A stretch of DNA of 63,921 bases, counting the filler, from Octopus bimaculoides (lineage: Eukaryota), in assembly GCF_001194135.2 (NCBI RefSeq). It is 6 parts of 5 records of this genome, joined end to end, with 100 filler letters (N's around TTAATTAATTAA, not from the genome) between each part and the next. Parts side by side here need not be neighbours in the genome. Positions count along the whole stretch, not along the records: positions 1 to 19,137 come from NC_068981.1; positions 19,238 to 38,162 come from NC_068989.1; 4 more parts are not named here. The stretch is one strand, 5' to 3'. Shown here one piece after another: positions 13,852 through 27,039 of this stretch; the first letter of the stretch is position 1; each line of letters opens with the position of its first letter. Below the pieces are notes generated by a model. The model was not told the origin of the DNA. It did no database searches and was given only the letters and a program-made list of their open reading frames with translations. Both the position numbers and the translations under genes were made by a program.

Positions 13852-14132
13852 ACTTATGTATGAGGGTATGAGTGTGTGTGTTTATGTGCGTGTTGTGTGT
13901 ATGCATGTATATGTATGCATGATTTATATATGTAATTAGGAAGAAATTCAGCTAAGAGAAATGCGTCAGAGTTTTGTCTGCAACAAAATATAGATAAGCA
14001 AAATGCCATAGGAAACATTTTTTCCTTTGTTTAAATTATGTTCTTTTTATGAGAAGACAGACTGTCACCGTATGTAAATTTAACTGAAACACAGAAGCAA
14101 ATCTCAAGTAAATAAACATTTTAATATACGTA

Positions 14133-14345
14133 AGGCTACGAGCTGGCAGAATCATTAGCACGCTGGGAAAATTGCTTGGCAGCATTCCATCCGTTTTATG
14201 TTCTGAATTCAAATTCCTCCACGGTCGACTTTGCCTGTCACACCTTCGGTGCCGATAAAATGAGCACCAGTCGGGTACTGGGGTTGATAATATCGGCTAG
14301 CTCCAACTCTTAAAATTGCTGGCTTTGTTCCAAGATTTGAAACCA
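14133..14345 (+). mobile_element. tRNA-derived SINE, family B
   Basis: AGCTGGCAGAA...TTCTGAATTCAAATTCC...GTCGACTTTGCC...CGATAAAATGAGCACCAG. Homologous to 30341, 40421, 53758 and 61503. Confidence 0.85.
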
Positions 14346-14764
14346 ATATGCAACTTATGTAATGCTACATAAATAGAAATACTATTATATTCTGCAAGGT
14401 AGTGTCGAATCAATAGCGTATTTGCTTTAAATTACGTGTTGCTAAAATGTTAGCTTTGTACAATCAAATATATCATTAAAAATATATATGATGATAAAAA
14501 TCTATAAGAGAATACATTTGAATATAAAATAAAGTACAGATTTCAGGCAAAACAATAGTAAATTAAAGTAATGCAGAGAAGAATTAAAATACACATTTGT
14601 ATAGTGTGGAATAACTGTCTCTAATGTATACTTGCATTCTATTCAATTAGAAGTAATTGAAGGACCAATTGTGCTAACAGCAAAAAAAAAAAAAAGATTT
14701 TAAACATTTAAATTCGATAGATTTAAAAGGAATTTGTTACATGCAATTTAAAAATTGAAATAAA

Positions 14765-14933
14765 TACAGGCGAAGGCGTGGCTGTGTAGTAAGAAGCATG
14801 CTTCTCAACATTATGGTTTCGGGCTCAGTCTCACTGGCTGCACCTTGAGCAAGTGTCTTCTACTATAACCGCGGGCCGACCAAAACCGATTTGGTAAACG
14901 GAAACTGAATGGAAACCCATCGTATATATGTAC

Positions 14934-14977
<44 letters not shown>

Positions 14978-15185
14978 AGGGGGGTATTTCCGTCTGTGTT
15001 TGTCCCCCACCACCGCTTGACAACCAGTGTTAGTGTGTTTAGGCCCTCATAACCTAGCGGCTCGGCAATCCGACCGATAGAATAAGTACTAGGCTTCTAA
15101 AAAAATCGATTTGCTCCACTTAAAAACCCGTCAAGCCAGTGCTCCAGCATGACTGCAGTCAAATTACTGAAACAAGTAAAAGAAA
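14765..15185 (+). mobile_element. tRNA-derived SINE, family A, near full length with internal (TA)n
   Basis: Head as at 8980, central (TA)n, core ACCGATAGAATAAGTACTAGGC and tail GTGCTCCAGCATGACTGCAGTC..GAAACAAGTAAAAGA. Confidence 0.9.
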
Positions 15186-16084
15186 ATATAGGAATGATAT
15201 ATACTAATTATAATTCGTAATTTCTGTTCCTCACTGTATAAACCTTTGGACCCAACATCCATTTCTTCAGTAGAATTTAAAGAGCGGTTCACCTATTCTG
15301 GAGAAAGAACATTGGAAATGATCTCTAACAATTTATTCCACAAAGTAACCTAGCCATTTGACAGAAAAAAAGCAAGATATCTATGAAGTGGTATGATAAT
15401 TTATTTTAACGTTAAACAAGTTGATGAATTTATCAAGCATTGAAAATGTAGAAAATTTTTAGTTCTGGATGTGTTGGTTATTGCTGTGTTCTTTATATTA
15501 TAAATCATCATTAAATTCAAAGCCAATCGTATTTATGCGACCTTTTTGACATTTCACTGGGTGAAGCAGTCGTGTTACTGCAAACGAAATGTAAGTTCAA
15601 AGCGTTCTATGTGCGTGGATGCATATATTATAGGATATTTTGTTTATAGAAAGTATATTATTTTCTAAGATGTCTGCGTATGTACGTAGTCGTTCAATTT
15701 TCGACTTCTAGAATCACAACTGATTTTAAATATTTTATTGTTATACCAATACTTTGTTTACAAGACAAGGCTAAATCTGAATGTTGATTAAGTAGGTAGG
15801 TGTTTCTGAATAATATCCAATTGGATTATATTATTATCAATAACACCAAATTTACAAACTTTATTTTAATGTATCTTTACTAAATTAAAACCCTAAACCT
15901 CCATGTCCAATGTTTTCATTTTTATACAATTTCTCTTAATTTGACAGGTTGTTTTCGTATGTTATAAATTGATATATTTCTATAGGTAAGTATGTAGAGA
16001 TTTTATTTACTAAAAGACATATTAATGTCAAATGTATATTAAATGCAATAAGTATTTAATGTTCACTTATACACACATACACTC

Positions 16085-16159
<75 letters not shown>

Positions 16160-16943
16160 ATGCGTGCCTGCGTGTCGTGTACGTACATATTGGTATTAGA
16201 TAATCTGTGTTCCGACGATTAGCATTAATATTGGATCCTTTCTGTTTGGCTGCCACTTTTCAATTTCTGCAATTTTGTTCCAATTTATTTCATATTTGGC
16301 GTATTGGTATAATTTTGTAAAGAAATCATTTTCATGAAATACATCTTCGTCATAGATCAATATATAAAGTGTTAATAGCATCTAAAGTTTGTAAATTTTT
16401 ATAATTTTAGCCAATCGAAAGCCACAGGCTATCAAGCTGCTTGTCCATGCGTTCTTTTGTCACTTATTAAATGCTCAAAACACATACGGTATGAGGTGAA
16501 CATCAGATTTGCTAAAACTAACAGCTAAATAAGCCTTAAATTACGCATAATTTTTTTTTTTGGGGGGGGGGGGCTTTTGCATAATCGCATGAATGAATTT
16601 CTGTGTATAGAATACAAATTTGCAAAGATTTTCGGAAAATTCCAAAAAATAAAAAAGGTTGTTAGGGGTTATATTGCGAGGGTAAAGCAGAATTCCACCA
16701 ATATTTCATTTCTTTACAGTTGACAACACATGTTATGCATAAAATAACAGCTTACAAATCCTGTTTTCTGACTGAATAAAAGTGATCAAATTTTAAACCT
16801 CTGTAACTTTTTAAATCATTTTTCTGGAAAAAGCAAATTATCTCCTGAGATTCGGCGTGACAAATTACATCTGTACACCAACTTTTAAAATTTTCACTAA
16901 ACTTTAAAATTTCCACAGGTGCAATCAAGCTGTTACTTGCCTG

Positions 16944-16995
16944 AGTAATTATTATTATTATTATTGTTGGTGTTGTTGTTGTTGTTGTTGTTGTT

Positions 16996-17026
<31 letters not shown>

Positions 17027-17120
17027 GCATCAGCATCAGCATCATCATTATTCAGGTCACTGGCTGGAATCTAACTCGGAATCTTGGGGTTAGTAGCCCA
17101 CGCTCTTAACAACTATGCAA
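16944..17120 (-). mobile_element. Short tRNA-derived SINE head (family C) with compound trinucleotide tail
   Basis: Reverse complement of 17048-17120 matches 17233-17310. Followed by (AAT)/(GAT)/(AAC) repeats. Confidence 0.8.
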
Positions 17121-17231
17121 TTATGGAGTGGACTTTTAGGGTTTATAAATCTAATATTTTCCTATCCTTAAGAAAGAATAGGAAACTATTAGATTTATAA
17201 GCCCTAAAAATTCACTACATAATAGCCCACG

Positions 17232-17440
17232 GGCATATGGCGTAGTGGTTAAGAGCGCGGGCTACTACCCCCAAGATTCCACGTTCGATTGCAGGCAGTG
17301 ACCTGAATAATAATAAATATAATAATGATAACAACAACATCGAAAAATACATTAGGACTGTTGGGTATATTAGCGGAAACGTTGTGTTAACAACAAACAT
17401 GATGAAGACAAATATCCGTCAAATGTAAATAATGTAAATA
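17232..17440 (+). mobile_element. tRNA-derived SINE, family C
   Basis: A-box TGGCGTAGTGG, B-box GTTCGATT, (AAT)n linker and a 3' segment ending in AATGTAAAT repeats. Confidence 0.8.
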
Positions 17441-18676
17441 TTACGTTGTCAAGAAAGTTCTTGTGGAATTTTAAATTTTGGTTTTAAATTATGTATTTTC
17501 AAATTAATTTTCGTTAAATTACTTTGACTTTATAACATTTTAAAGCCGTTTTTCGTTCTATCTAATCGTGTTACTCTTTCTGATTAATTACGTCATTTTT
17601 TTCCGGAACGTTGAATACAACATGGACAAAAAGCACATTCGCACAATTTACTTTCTCCAGTTCAAGCTAGGCCAAAAAACTGCTGAAACAGCTCGCGATA
17701 TCAACACTGCCTTTGGTTTAAGATGCCAATAGTGGTTCAAGAAATTTTGTAGTAGCGGTGATGATGATGATAAGCGTAGCGGTCGGCCATCGGATGTTGA
17801 CAACGATCAACTAAGACCTTTACTCGAAGCCATGCACAACTGTTCGAGAGCTTGCTTCTGAATTAGACATAACGTATACGACAATTTCCAACCACTTCAA
17901 AGAGATGGGAAAAATAAAAATACTTGAGAAATGGGTGCCGCGCGAATTGAACGACAACCCCACCCCCCAAAAAATGCCGTTTTAAAGTGTCATCTTCCCT
18001 TCTTTTACGCAACAAGAACGACCCGTTTCTCAACCGGATTGTGACTTGCGATAAAAAGTGGATTCTTTACGACAAGCAGCGACGCTCAGCTCAGTAGTTG
18101 GACGCCGACGAAGCTCCACGACACTTCCCGAAACCAAAGTTGCATCAACAGAAGGTCATGGTGACTGTTTGTTGGTCTGCAGCCGGTCTCATCCTTCAAA
18201 GCTTTTTGGATCCAGGCGAAACCATTACGGCGGAGAAGTACTGTCAGCAAATGGATGAAATGCGTAAGAAACTCCGGCAGCAACAGTCAGCATTGGTCAA
18301 CAGAAAAGGATCAACTCTTCTCCATGAAAACGCTCTGCCTGCAGAAGTCGAACGAATTGGACTTCGAAACTCTGCCTCATCCGCCATACTCACCAGACCT
18401 CTCGCCTACCGAATAGCACTTTTTCAAACATCTCGACAACCTCCTGCGTGAGAAATGCTTCACAATCCAAGACGATGCCAAACACGCCTTCAACGACTTC
18501 ATCGCTACCAGAACGCACGATTTTTACGCTACTGGCATAGATAAACTTGTTTCGCATTGGCAAAAGTGTGTTGATTCTGATGGTGTTTATTTCGATTAAT
18601 AAAGTTTTGTTTGAGCCGAGATATGTGCATCTGAATTTAAAGGTTAAAAGCTGCAAGAACTTTCTTGACAACCTAA
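17441..18676 (+). mobile_element. Full-length decayed mariner transposon (Hsmar1/cecropia-like)
   Basis: TIRs TTA(C/G)GTTGTCAAGAAAGTTCTTG with TA on both sides. Frameshifted transposase 17622-18599: MDKKHIR..FKLG, WVPREL, RIVTCDKKWILYD, LLHENA, YSPDLSPTE*HFF, WQKCVDSDGVYFD*. Confidence 0.95.
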
Positions 18677-19099
18677 TAATATACATAATTTTTGTAAATT
18701 ATTGAAACGTACATGTGATATCAACTTAATTAATTAGAATAATAATTTTCATAAAAATAGTCATTGATGTTGACGTCCTATTAAAACTAGTAAATTTTAC
18801 GTAAATAGAAGTTAGTATTACGATTATATTATTAAGTAATTCTCATTAGATAACTTTTAAAACATTTGTATCCTGACATAGTAATTCCATATGTCTGCAG
18901 TGTTACCAAATGCTATTTCTTTCAAAGAAAACTTTCAATTACAAATTTAAACTCTGCGTTATAATGAATTTTCTCACGTTTATGTACTATTTATCCTTTA
19001 GACACACACACATACACGGATACATTCCTATCCATTCATAAATTACATATATCAGCATTGTACATCCCAAACGCTACACCATAATCTCTAAATACAGTC

Positions 19100-19137
<38 letters not shown>

Positions 19138-19486
19138 NNNNNNNNNNNNNNNNNNNNNNNNNNNNNNNNNNNNNNNNNNNNTTAATTAATTAANNNNNNN
19201 NNNNNNNNNNNNNNNNNNNNNNNNNNNNNNNNNNNNNTTTTCTGACCAGGCTCCCGTGGTTTTATGGGTTTTTCCACGTGTAACCTTTCCTTTTTCGAAG
19301 CGCCTCCCCCTTTGGGAGTTCTACTTATTTATTTATCTATTTATTTATTATATCTTTCTCCGTTTTCTTCCTCTGTTTAGACGAACTTTCCTACCTTTTC
19401 GGACAAAACCTTTTGTAACCTTCGTCCTGTCTTTGTACTTATATGCTTTTAATTGATATTAGCCCTTGTGGCCAATAAAACGAATT

Positions 19487-19487
19487 A

Positions 19488-19534
<47 letters not shown>

Positions 19535-19565
19535 GATGATAATGTTGACGACAACGACGACGACG
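19487..19565. repeat. (ATT)n microsatellite grading into (GAT/GAC)n
   Basis: Directly visible. Confidence 0.95.
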
Positions 19566-21419
19566 TCATTGTTGACTGTGGTGACAAACAGAGAAAAACA
19601 GTGAATGTCACCGGAACAGAAGAATCAAGATTTTCATTTAATAATATCTTACATACTACTGTGTTCTTTCTCTTTTCTCTTTCCTTCTTATATAGAACAC
19701 TGTTCTTCCTCTTTTACCATTTTCAACTTCTTTTTTAATTTATTTTTTATTTCTGTTTCTCAATTTACGTTGGTGACAGAGGTTTTCACCTGTTTCGCAC
19801 GCATATATATTTCTTAGTCATCAAATTTTTATCTGCTTATTTTCGTCTCCTTGGTTCGGAAATCTTTGTCTGTTATTGTTATTTTTGTTAGTAGTTGTTG
19901 TTATTGTTCCCAGTGTTGTTGTTAATGTTGTACTTTAGTAGCAGAAGTTATGAATTCGCTTTACGTTCCCCATCTTCATTTGTTAAACATCTAATTTTGT
20001 TTGTTATTTTATTTAAAATGCCTGATTCATAATTTTTGCTGTTATTGTTGTTTTTATTCTTATTATCATGTTACTGTTGTTTTTGTTTCACTTTACTAAC
20101 TGAAGGCATGAAGTCATTGCACTCATTCTCCCCATCTTATCCTTGTTTTTTTTTCATCCTTTTAATTTTCCATCTATTTACTATTGTTGCTATAGCTTTA
20201 CTGTTAACGTTGTTGTAGCTGCTGTGGCTGCTGTATTAGGTGTATTCATTGTTTTATATTTTGTTATTGTTGATGTTCCTCTTTCATCATATTATTCCAT
20301 TTCCAAGATCTCTTTCTGGAAAGCAGAAAAGATTACATACATCGTTAATGAAGAGTCGTAATGTTATTTCACATATAGTAATTGATGTTCTCCCTAAATC
20401 TTTGTCCTTTCGTCAGAAACAATCACCGCACATTTTTACACTTTCTGTAGAGTTTACGTTTTTTTCTAATATGGTCTGATTTATTATTTTTATCATTTTC
20501 GTTTTTGGTAAATTACTCCTTGCTCTCTAATGTATTACTTCTCGACTTAGTCGGGGTTTTTTCGCACTTATCTTCAATTTTCAATTTTTTCTTGCTTTCT
20601 CTTTCTTATTTATTAATTCTTTTATTTTATCATTTTGCTTTCGTTTAAACATTTTTTCTGTTTTCGTATTTTCATTTTATTCATTTATTACTTTATGCGA
20701 TAATGGTTGGAACCTTCAACGGGATTTTATAAGTAACGTTACAATGAACCACTTTTCCAGAATCCACAGTTCTCACACATTCATCTACACACAACACTCT
20801 TATACAACCATATTGGCATATACATACAAATGTATTTGTTGTTCTTTCATATTTTCAATCATGTTTTTATATTACCTCATTTCTCTTATTGCTTATATCG
20901 GTTCGCTGCAATATTAGAATTAGGTAGGAATAGGTTATGACCATGCCTGAAGGCAATAGTTCCATATCTGATCGGAATTTAGATTGCAGTAAAGAATTTC
21001 AGAATACTGCGTGCCAGAATACTGCGTTGATAAAATCTCTTAGTCCATGCACATTTAAACACTCGTAGATAAATTCATGAAACTGAATACTGGCTTAAAA
21101 GTACAAGATTGCTTCAATCCTCATTGTTTAATCGCTGGTAGAGTGACGGGAAGGTCTGCATTGCAAATTTGATTAAGTTCATCGGGGTACCTACGCTCTG
21201 ACATTTTAAACAATGCTTTCCAACCTCGCCTTTGAAAGTTTTACTTGAAGTTGTTTAAGATCGCACTTTACAAATTACGTTGCTCTATATAAAACTCAAC
21301 AATGTGCTTTGGCAAGCACTTTCTCTCTAAAAGAGAATCTTTCTTTATGCTTTCTTTTTTTCTTTTCTCTCTAACTAAGCCTCCCAAAAACTCATATGCT
21401 TTGTTTAAAAATCCACAGA

Positions 21420-21730
21420 CACACATGCTTGCACACATACACACACTCAAGTATAAATTACACCCCATTGAACATCTGTGCGCCGTGTCTGTTTGGGTTG
21501 CCTTTTCCAGAACAGAGCAGTAAATTTTAAAATGAGAAGGCTCTGCTTCTTTTAACTGCCATATATGCCTGGTCAGGCTTGCTACAGTTCTACTTTCCTG
21601 ATGGAATTCTAGTTTTGTAAGGAATTTAACAAGTGTATGCTTCCCTCATACTTGTACTTAATTGCCTATATTTCCTTTGTCTCGACTTCACTTCTAGCTA
21701 GTCATCTCTCTAACCCCAGGGTGATAAAAC
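21420..21730 (-). mobile_element. PLE GIY-YIG endonuclease fragment
   Basis: Minus frame VASLTRHIWQLKEAEPSHFKIYCSVLEKA...HRCSMGC matches the PLE LSxxIWxLK...IxWSIxxKA...CxLC pattern. Confidence 0.65.
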
Positions 21731-22339
21731 GAACAACAGTAAAACACGTAGAAAAAATACATATATCATTTCCGACACTCTATCTTTAGTCGTTGATAAC
21801 GAACCACCTAATTGTCTCCAACTTACATCTTGACCGGCCGCTAGCTAGGTTGGTAGCCATAAATCTCTTCTCACCCCACCCACTAACTAAATTCCTAATA
21901 CACTTCCATCCCTTTAATGGTTTTGTTTTTGCTAGCGAACAGACGCGTTCTCACTATGATTATGAAGTTATATGCATCATCTGATGAAGAACAGACGCGT
22001 TCTTCTATGATTATGAAGTTATATGAATCTTCTGATGAATACGGTTCTTTTAACATGATGTAATGTACTAACTTATCAAATAAAAAATACGTAAGAAACA
22101 GATGTAATGAGCTGACATTTATCCATCGTCTGTTATTCTTTTCTTTGCTAATAACACACTAAATGGATTCGCGACCCATCGGACTACGTAGACTATACCA
22201 AAGACCGTGTGATCTACACAACGCACGATTTGGACCAGCCCCTAAGTGTTAAATACTCGTAGCGGTGAGTTTTCTGTGTGCACACAGCCTAAATATCTCA
22301 CTGGATTATCTCAGTACCGGAGATATAGATCCGACTAAA

Positions 22340-24480
22340 TAGTATATAGATCCGACTAAAGTTGATGCCTACAGGTTAAATCAAACCAACTTGGTGCATA
22401 CGATTTAAGGACTTGATACTCTCCAGAATCCTTTATATTGTCTAAATAAGAAATTCCCTGAGGTTTATATAGGGTTGATGTGCCTTTTACAATTGTAAAT
22501 ACATCTAGTAGAATGTTAGAAAAATATAGAAAGAATTTTTTTGAATTCTTTGAAAATATAGTTCTATCTATAACGATAGAAGATGAACACAACTCTGTTA
22601 ATTTCTTAGACTTTACGTTAGAAATCATAAAAGGAATTTATAAACCCTTTCATAAACCTAATGAAAACATAAAATATATAAACATTGGAAGTAATCATCC
22701 CAAATTAGTAACACACTCGCTAATAAGGAACATTTCGACAAGAATAACTAAATTATCAGCCAATGAGAATATTTTCAAACTAAATGAAGACTACTATAAC
22801 TTAGTATTTAGGAAGCATGATATAAAGATAAAATAAAGTTTAATTAGTCAAATAACGAATCTGATCTAAATAGTAATTTTGAATACGTGAATCTAAAATC
22901 TAGTACTATAAATAATTCTTCTTGTAAGAAAGATAGTAATGGAAATTTAAAATCAAATATAGAAGTTAATAATATAACAAGAGTAGGTGATTTTAATGGA
23001 GAAAATAATGAAATGAACAATTATAATTCAAACAAAAGGAAAAATTATAAGACAGTTGATAACCGAGTTAAAAATTCTCGTACTGCTAATATAAATGAGT
23101 ATGTACTATTCTCTAATACAATCTCAAATTCTTTTAATGTAAAAACAACTAAAAGGTTTAATATGGATCGAAATCAGAGAACACTTACTCCTTCGAAAAG
23201 GGGTATAAACATCAAGATTATGATTTTAACTAGAAAAATACTTTATGGTTAATTATTCAATTTGATAAACAAGTAAATTATAATTTTTTCCAAATTGTTT
23301 AATATAGCAATTGAAAAATATTTTCCAATCAATCATAAATGTAGAATTTTTAATAAACATAAAATTCACATGGCTTATTGTCTTAGCAGAAATATTGCAC
23401 AAATTATAGTAACACATAACGTAAAAAAGATGTAGAAATTTCAAAAAAACTATTATAATCAGAGCAGCAGAATAAATATTAAGCATAATAATATCAAACG
23501 GGATAATATAAAAAAAAACTCAAATAGAAGATTACGACAAGAATTTAAAAGTCGCTAAAGGGGGAACAACCCAATTTTATATAGTTAATAACATTGAATC
23601 GAATAAAATTTCAACTCGAAATAGAACAAAGATAATGTTATCTAAAAGAGTAAATAGTAAAAAAGAACTTGGTTGAAACGAATTTGATTCAACCATGAAT
23701 GATCAAGTTAAAACTAAATCTGAGAGAAATATAAAAAAGTATTTTTCAATTGTTCTAAACGGGAATCCTGTGAAGTCTAAGACTAAAAATATAATATATA
23801 GATGTAAAGTGACATCTAAGGGTAATGAATACTTTTACATCAGTTGGACATCATTAATTTTCAAGAGGTAACTGGCAAATTATTTGAGTTCACTTAGAGA
23901 TAAAAATAAAAGATTCCAAACAAGTCTATTAAAGACAGGAACAAAGACTATACTATCAATTAGGAATTAATTTGTACTGCAAAATCATACAGACCTGGAA
24001 CTAAAAAATGTGACCTATGTTTAGAAGAATTTTACTAGATTTTTAGATCTAAGGGTAATGTAATAAATTCTTGACAGGAACAAGCCTAGAGATGTTTGCA
24101 CATGAGAAAATTCATATTTGCCTAATATAAATGAATAATAAACATTTAAGCAATAGAATGTTTTGAAATAATGAACTACAAGTGATTATCCAATCAAAAT
24201 TTGAATTGCAGATAGTTCGTGTCTAACTTAACGAACAACTCTACACCATACAACGTAGAGTAGATAAATGAAAAACTTTAAACAGTTAAATCGTAAGATA
24301 TTACGATTTAAGACCCTGAAGAAACTGCACCAGTATTATAGCAAGGTTGCAATTACAAAGGTTACTAATCGGTGCAGTTGAAACTTGTGTACGTCTATAT
24401 AAATTTGTATATATATAAAAAGAATTTGGATATTTTAAATTAACTTCATGAACTTTATAAAAAATCTCTGAAGTGGACTA
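22340..24480 (+). mobile_element. Decayed, 5'-truncated Penelope-like element (RT C-terminus, thumb, GIY-YIG, tail)
   Basis: ORF 22480-22836 contains SITIEDEHNSVNFLDFTL..GIYKPFHKPN..YINIGSNHP (PLE RT). Further motifs: KYFPINHKCRIFNKH, NIIYRCKVT and AKSYRPGTKKCDLCLEE. Hammerhead motif near the 3' end. Confidence 0.9.
24311..24400 (+). ncRNA. Type I hammerhead-ribozyme-like motif in the PLE 3' end
   Basis: CTGAAGA 24316-22, perfect 9-bp stem II AACTGCACC/GGTGCAGTT, GAAAC 24380-84 and GTC 24393-95. Stem I is not recognisable. Confidence 0.65.
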
Positions 24481-24579
24481 GAGAATCATCCTTTTAGTTA
24501 ACAAATAAACAGGTAAATTGACACAATACAATGTCTGCAAGTTGATGAATACCACCTGTTCCCCTCCATTTTCTTATTG

Positions 24580-24641
<62 letters not shown>

Positions 24642-25043
24642 GTATANNNNNNNNNNNNNNNNNNNNNNNNNNNNNNNNNNNNNNNNNNNNNNNNNNNNNN
24701 NNNNNNNNNNNNNNNNNNNNNNNNNNNNNNNNNNNNNNNNNNNNNNNNNNNNNNNNNNNNNNNNNNNNNNNNNNNNNNNNNNNNNNNNNNNNNNNNNNNN
24801 NNNNNNNNNNNNNNNNNNNNNNNNNNNNNNNNNNNNNNNNNNNNNNNNNNNNNNNNNNNNNNNNNNNNNNNNNNNNNNNNNNNNNNNNNNNNNNNNNNNN
24901 NNNNNNNNNNNNNNNNNNNNNNNNNNNNNNNNNNNNNNNNNNNNNNNNNNNNNNNNNNNNNNNNNNNNNNNNNNNNNNNNNNNNNNNNNNNNNNNNNNNN
25001 NNNNNNNNNNNNNNNNNNNNNNNNNNNNNNNNNNNNNNNNNNN

Positions 25044-25123
<80 letters not shown>

Positions 25124-25579
25124 TATATGCGCGTGTATATCTTTATATATGTATGTATGAATGTGTATGTAGATCAGTATGATGTGTGTATTTGCATGTA
25201 CACACATCAACGTGAGCGCGCGGATGTAACTGTGTTTATGCTCATTCATGTGTATGCTTTTACTTAATTTCTTTACGATCTTCACCATCTTTATCTCCTA
25301 CCTCTCCTTCTCTCTTTCTGATGCATCAACCTACTGTATACTCTATTTTTAACCTTCTATACAATGTTTCGTTATTACGGCGTTCTTGAACTTAACAGAG
25401 TACTTCTCCCCAACGTCGCTATATAAAGAACACCAGTTACTCTCCCCCTCTCTTATAACTCTTCCTTTTTCTGTCTTCTTTTCCTTACTTTACCGTCATT
25501 TTTTCCTTCAACCCCCGCTTCACACCCTAGTGTCAAATGCTACTTTTATTTTTTCCTTTTCCCCTCTTTCTCTGGCGAC

Positions 25580-25860
25580 CTCATATATATATATATGTGT
25601 GTGTGTTTATAATTGTGGATATCTATTTGTGTGTACATATGGACGCGCATATATGTATGTATGTATGTGTATGTGTGGGTGTGTACATATGTATATATGT
25701 AGGTATATGTATGTGTATATATGTAAATATATGTATACATGTGTGCACGTGGATATATACACATATGTATTCATGTGTGTATGTGCACGCCTATGTGTGT
25801 GTATGCATTTTGTGCATGCGCATATAGTCATCGATGTATATGTTTGTATGTATGTGTGTA
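25580..25860. repeat. Degenerate (TG/TA) tract
   Basis: Directly visible. Confidence 0.9.
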
Positions 25861-26116
25861 TCACAATTTTATTCCAGTCTTCATCGCAACTGTCCGACGA
25901 ACGGAAGCGTGAAACTCTGACTAACAATTTTGTGAGGTTTTTGTAGATTTAATAAAAAAAAAAAGCATATTACTCTACCTTCGGTATTCGAGTATTATAT
26001 TTTTCCACCTTGTTTTGAATTTATATGCTTACTCGTGTGTGTGTGTATCATACATAATAACATAATACATATATAATACATACATACACACATACATACA
26101 TACATACATACATACA

Positions 26117-26147
<31 letters not shown>

Positions 26148-26234
26148 TTAGATTTAGATTCAAAATTGAATATGGTACTTATGTTTAGGCACCAGAATAT
26201 AGTATGGTATTATCCAAAAGCCATTCTAAGGGCA

Positions 26235-26736
26235 AGGTGATCAAAAAATCAAAATTAGCAACACGGATTTTAAAGATGATGCAGTACGCACGTTTCATGC
26301 TACTCCATATATTTAAGTAATGCAAGCATTACATTAAATGCAATATGCAGAGCAATCTTCAGCTGCACAAAAATGTAGAAAAATTACAGTAGAATAGACA
26401 TATTATAATTGTGGCAACATTTAAAATCCAAGTGGGAAGAAGAATACATAAAAATCCATCTTGACATAGCCAAGGCTAGCAGGCTAGTAATAAAAATCCA
26501 TCTTGACATAGCCAAGGCTAGCAGGCTTCTTCTTCCCACTTGGATTTTAAATGTTGCCACAATTATAATATGTCTATTCTACTGTAATTTTCTACATTTT
26601 TGTGCAGCTGAAGATTGCTCTGCATATTGCATTTAATGTAATGCTTGCATTACTTAAATAAATGGAGTAGCATGAAACGTGCGTACTGCAATCATCTTTA
26701 AAATCCGTGTTGCTTATTTTGATTTTTTGATCACCT
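26235..26736. mobile_element. Foldback/MITE with ~210-bp inverted arms, copy 1
   Basis: 26235-26444 is the near-perfect reverse complement of about 26527-26736. The spacer carries two 37-bp direct repeats. Termini AGGTGATC; superfamily not assigned. Confidence 0.9.
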
Positions 26737-26934
26737 TACATGCATACATACATACATACATATTTTAGTCAAACAAATCGTCGACCNNNNNNNNNNNNNN
26801 NNNNNNNNNNNNNNNNNNNNNNNNNNNNNNNNNNNNNNNNNNNNNNNNNNNNNNNNNNNNNNNNNNNNNNNNNNNNNNNNNNNNNNNNNNNNNNNNNNNN
26901 NNNNNNNNNNNNNNNNNNNNNNNNNNNNNNNNNN

Positions 26935-27009
<75 letters not shown>

Positions 27010-27039
27010 TACACACACACAGAAATATATATGCGTATA

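Noticed and set aside
15970-15992. TTTCTATAG|GTAAGT resembling a recursive splice site
   Set aside because: Single short motif on the strand opposite the candidate gene; expected by chance in 64 kb.
22887-23252. 121-aa Asn/Lys-rich ORF
   Set aside because: Low-complexity linker inside the PLE, between the thumb and GIY-YIG regions; not a separate gene.
26449-26527. 37-bp direct repeat pair, plus other short doublets (e.g. 2694-2724, 3078-3109, 12599-12631, 22325-22358)
   Set aside because: Only two units and no spacers or cas genes, so not CRISPR. Ordinary local tandem duplications.
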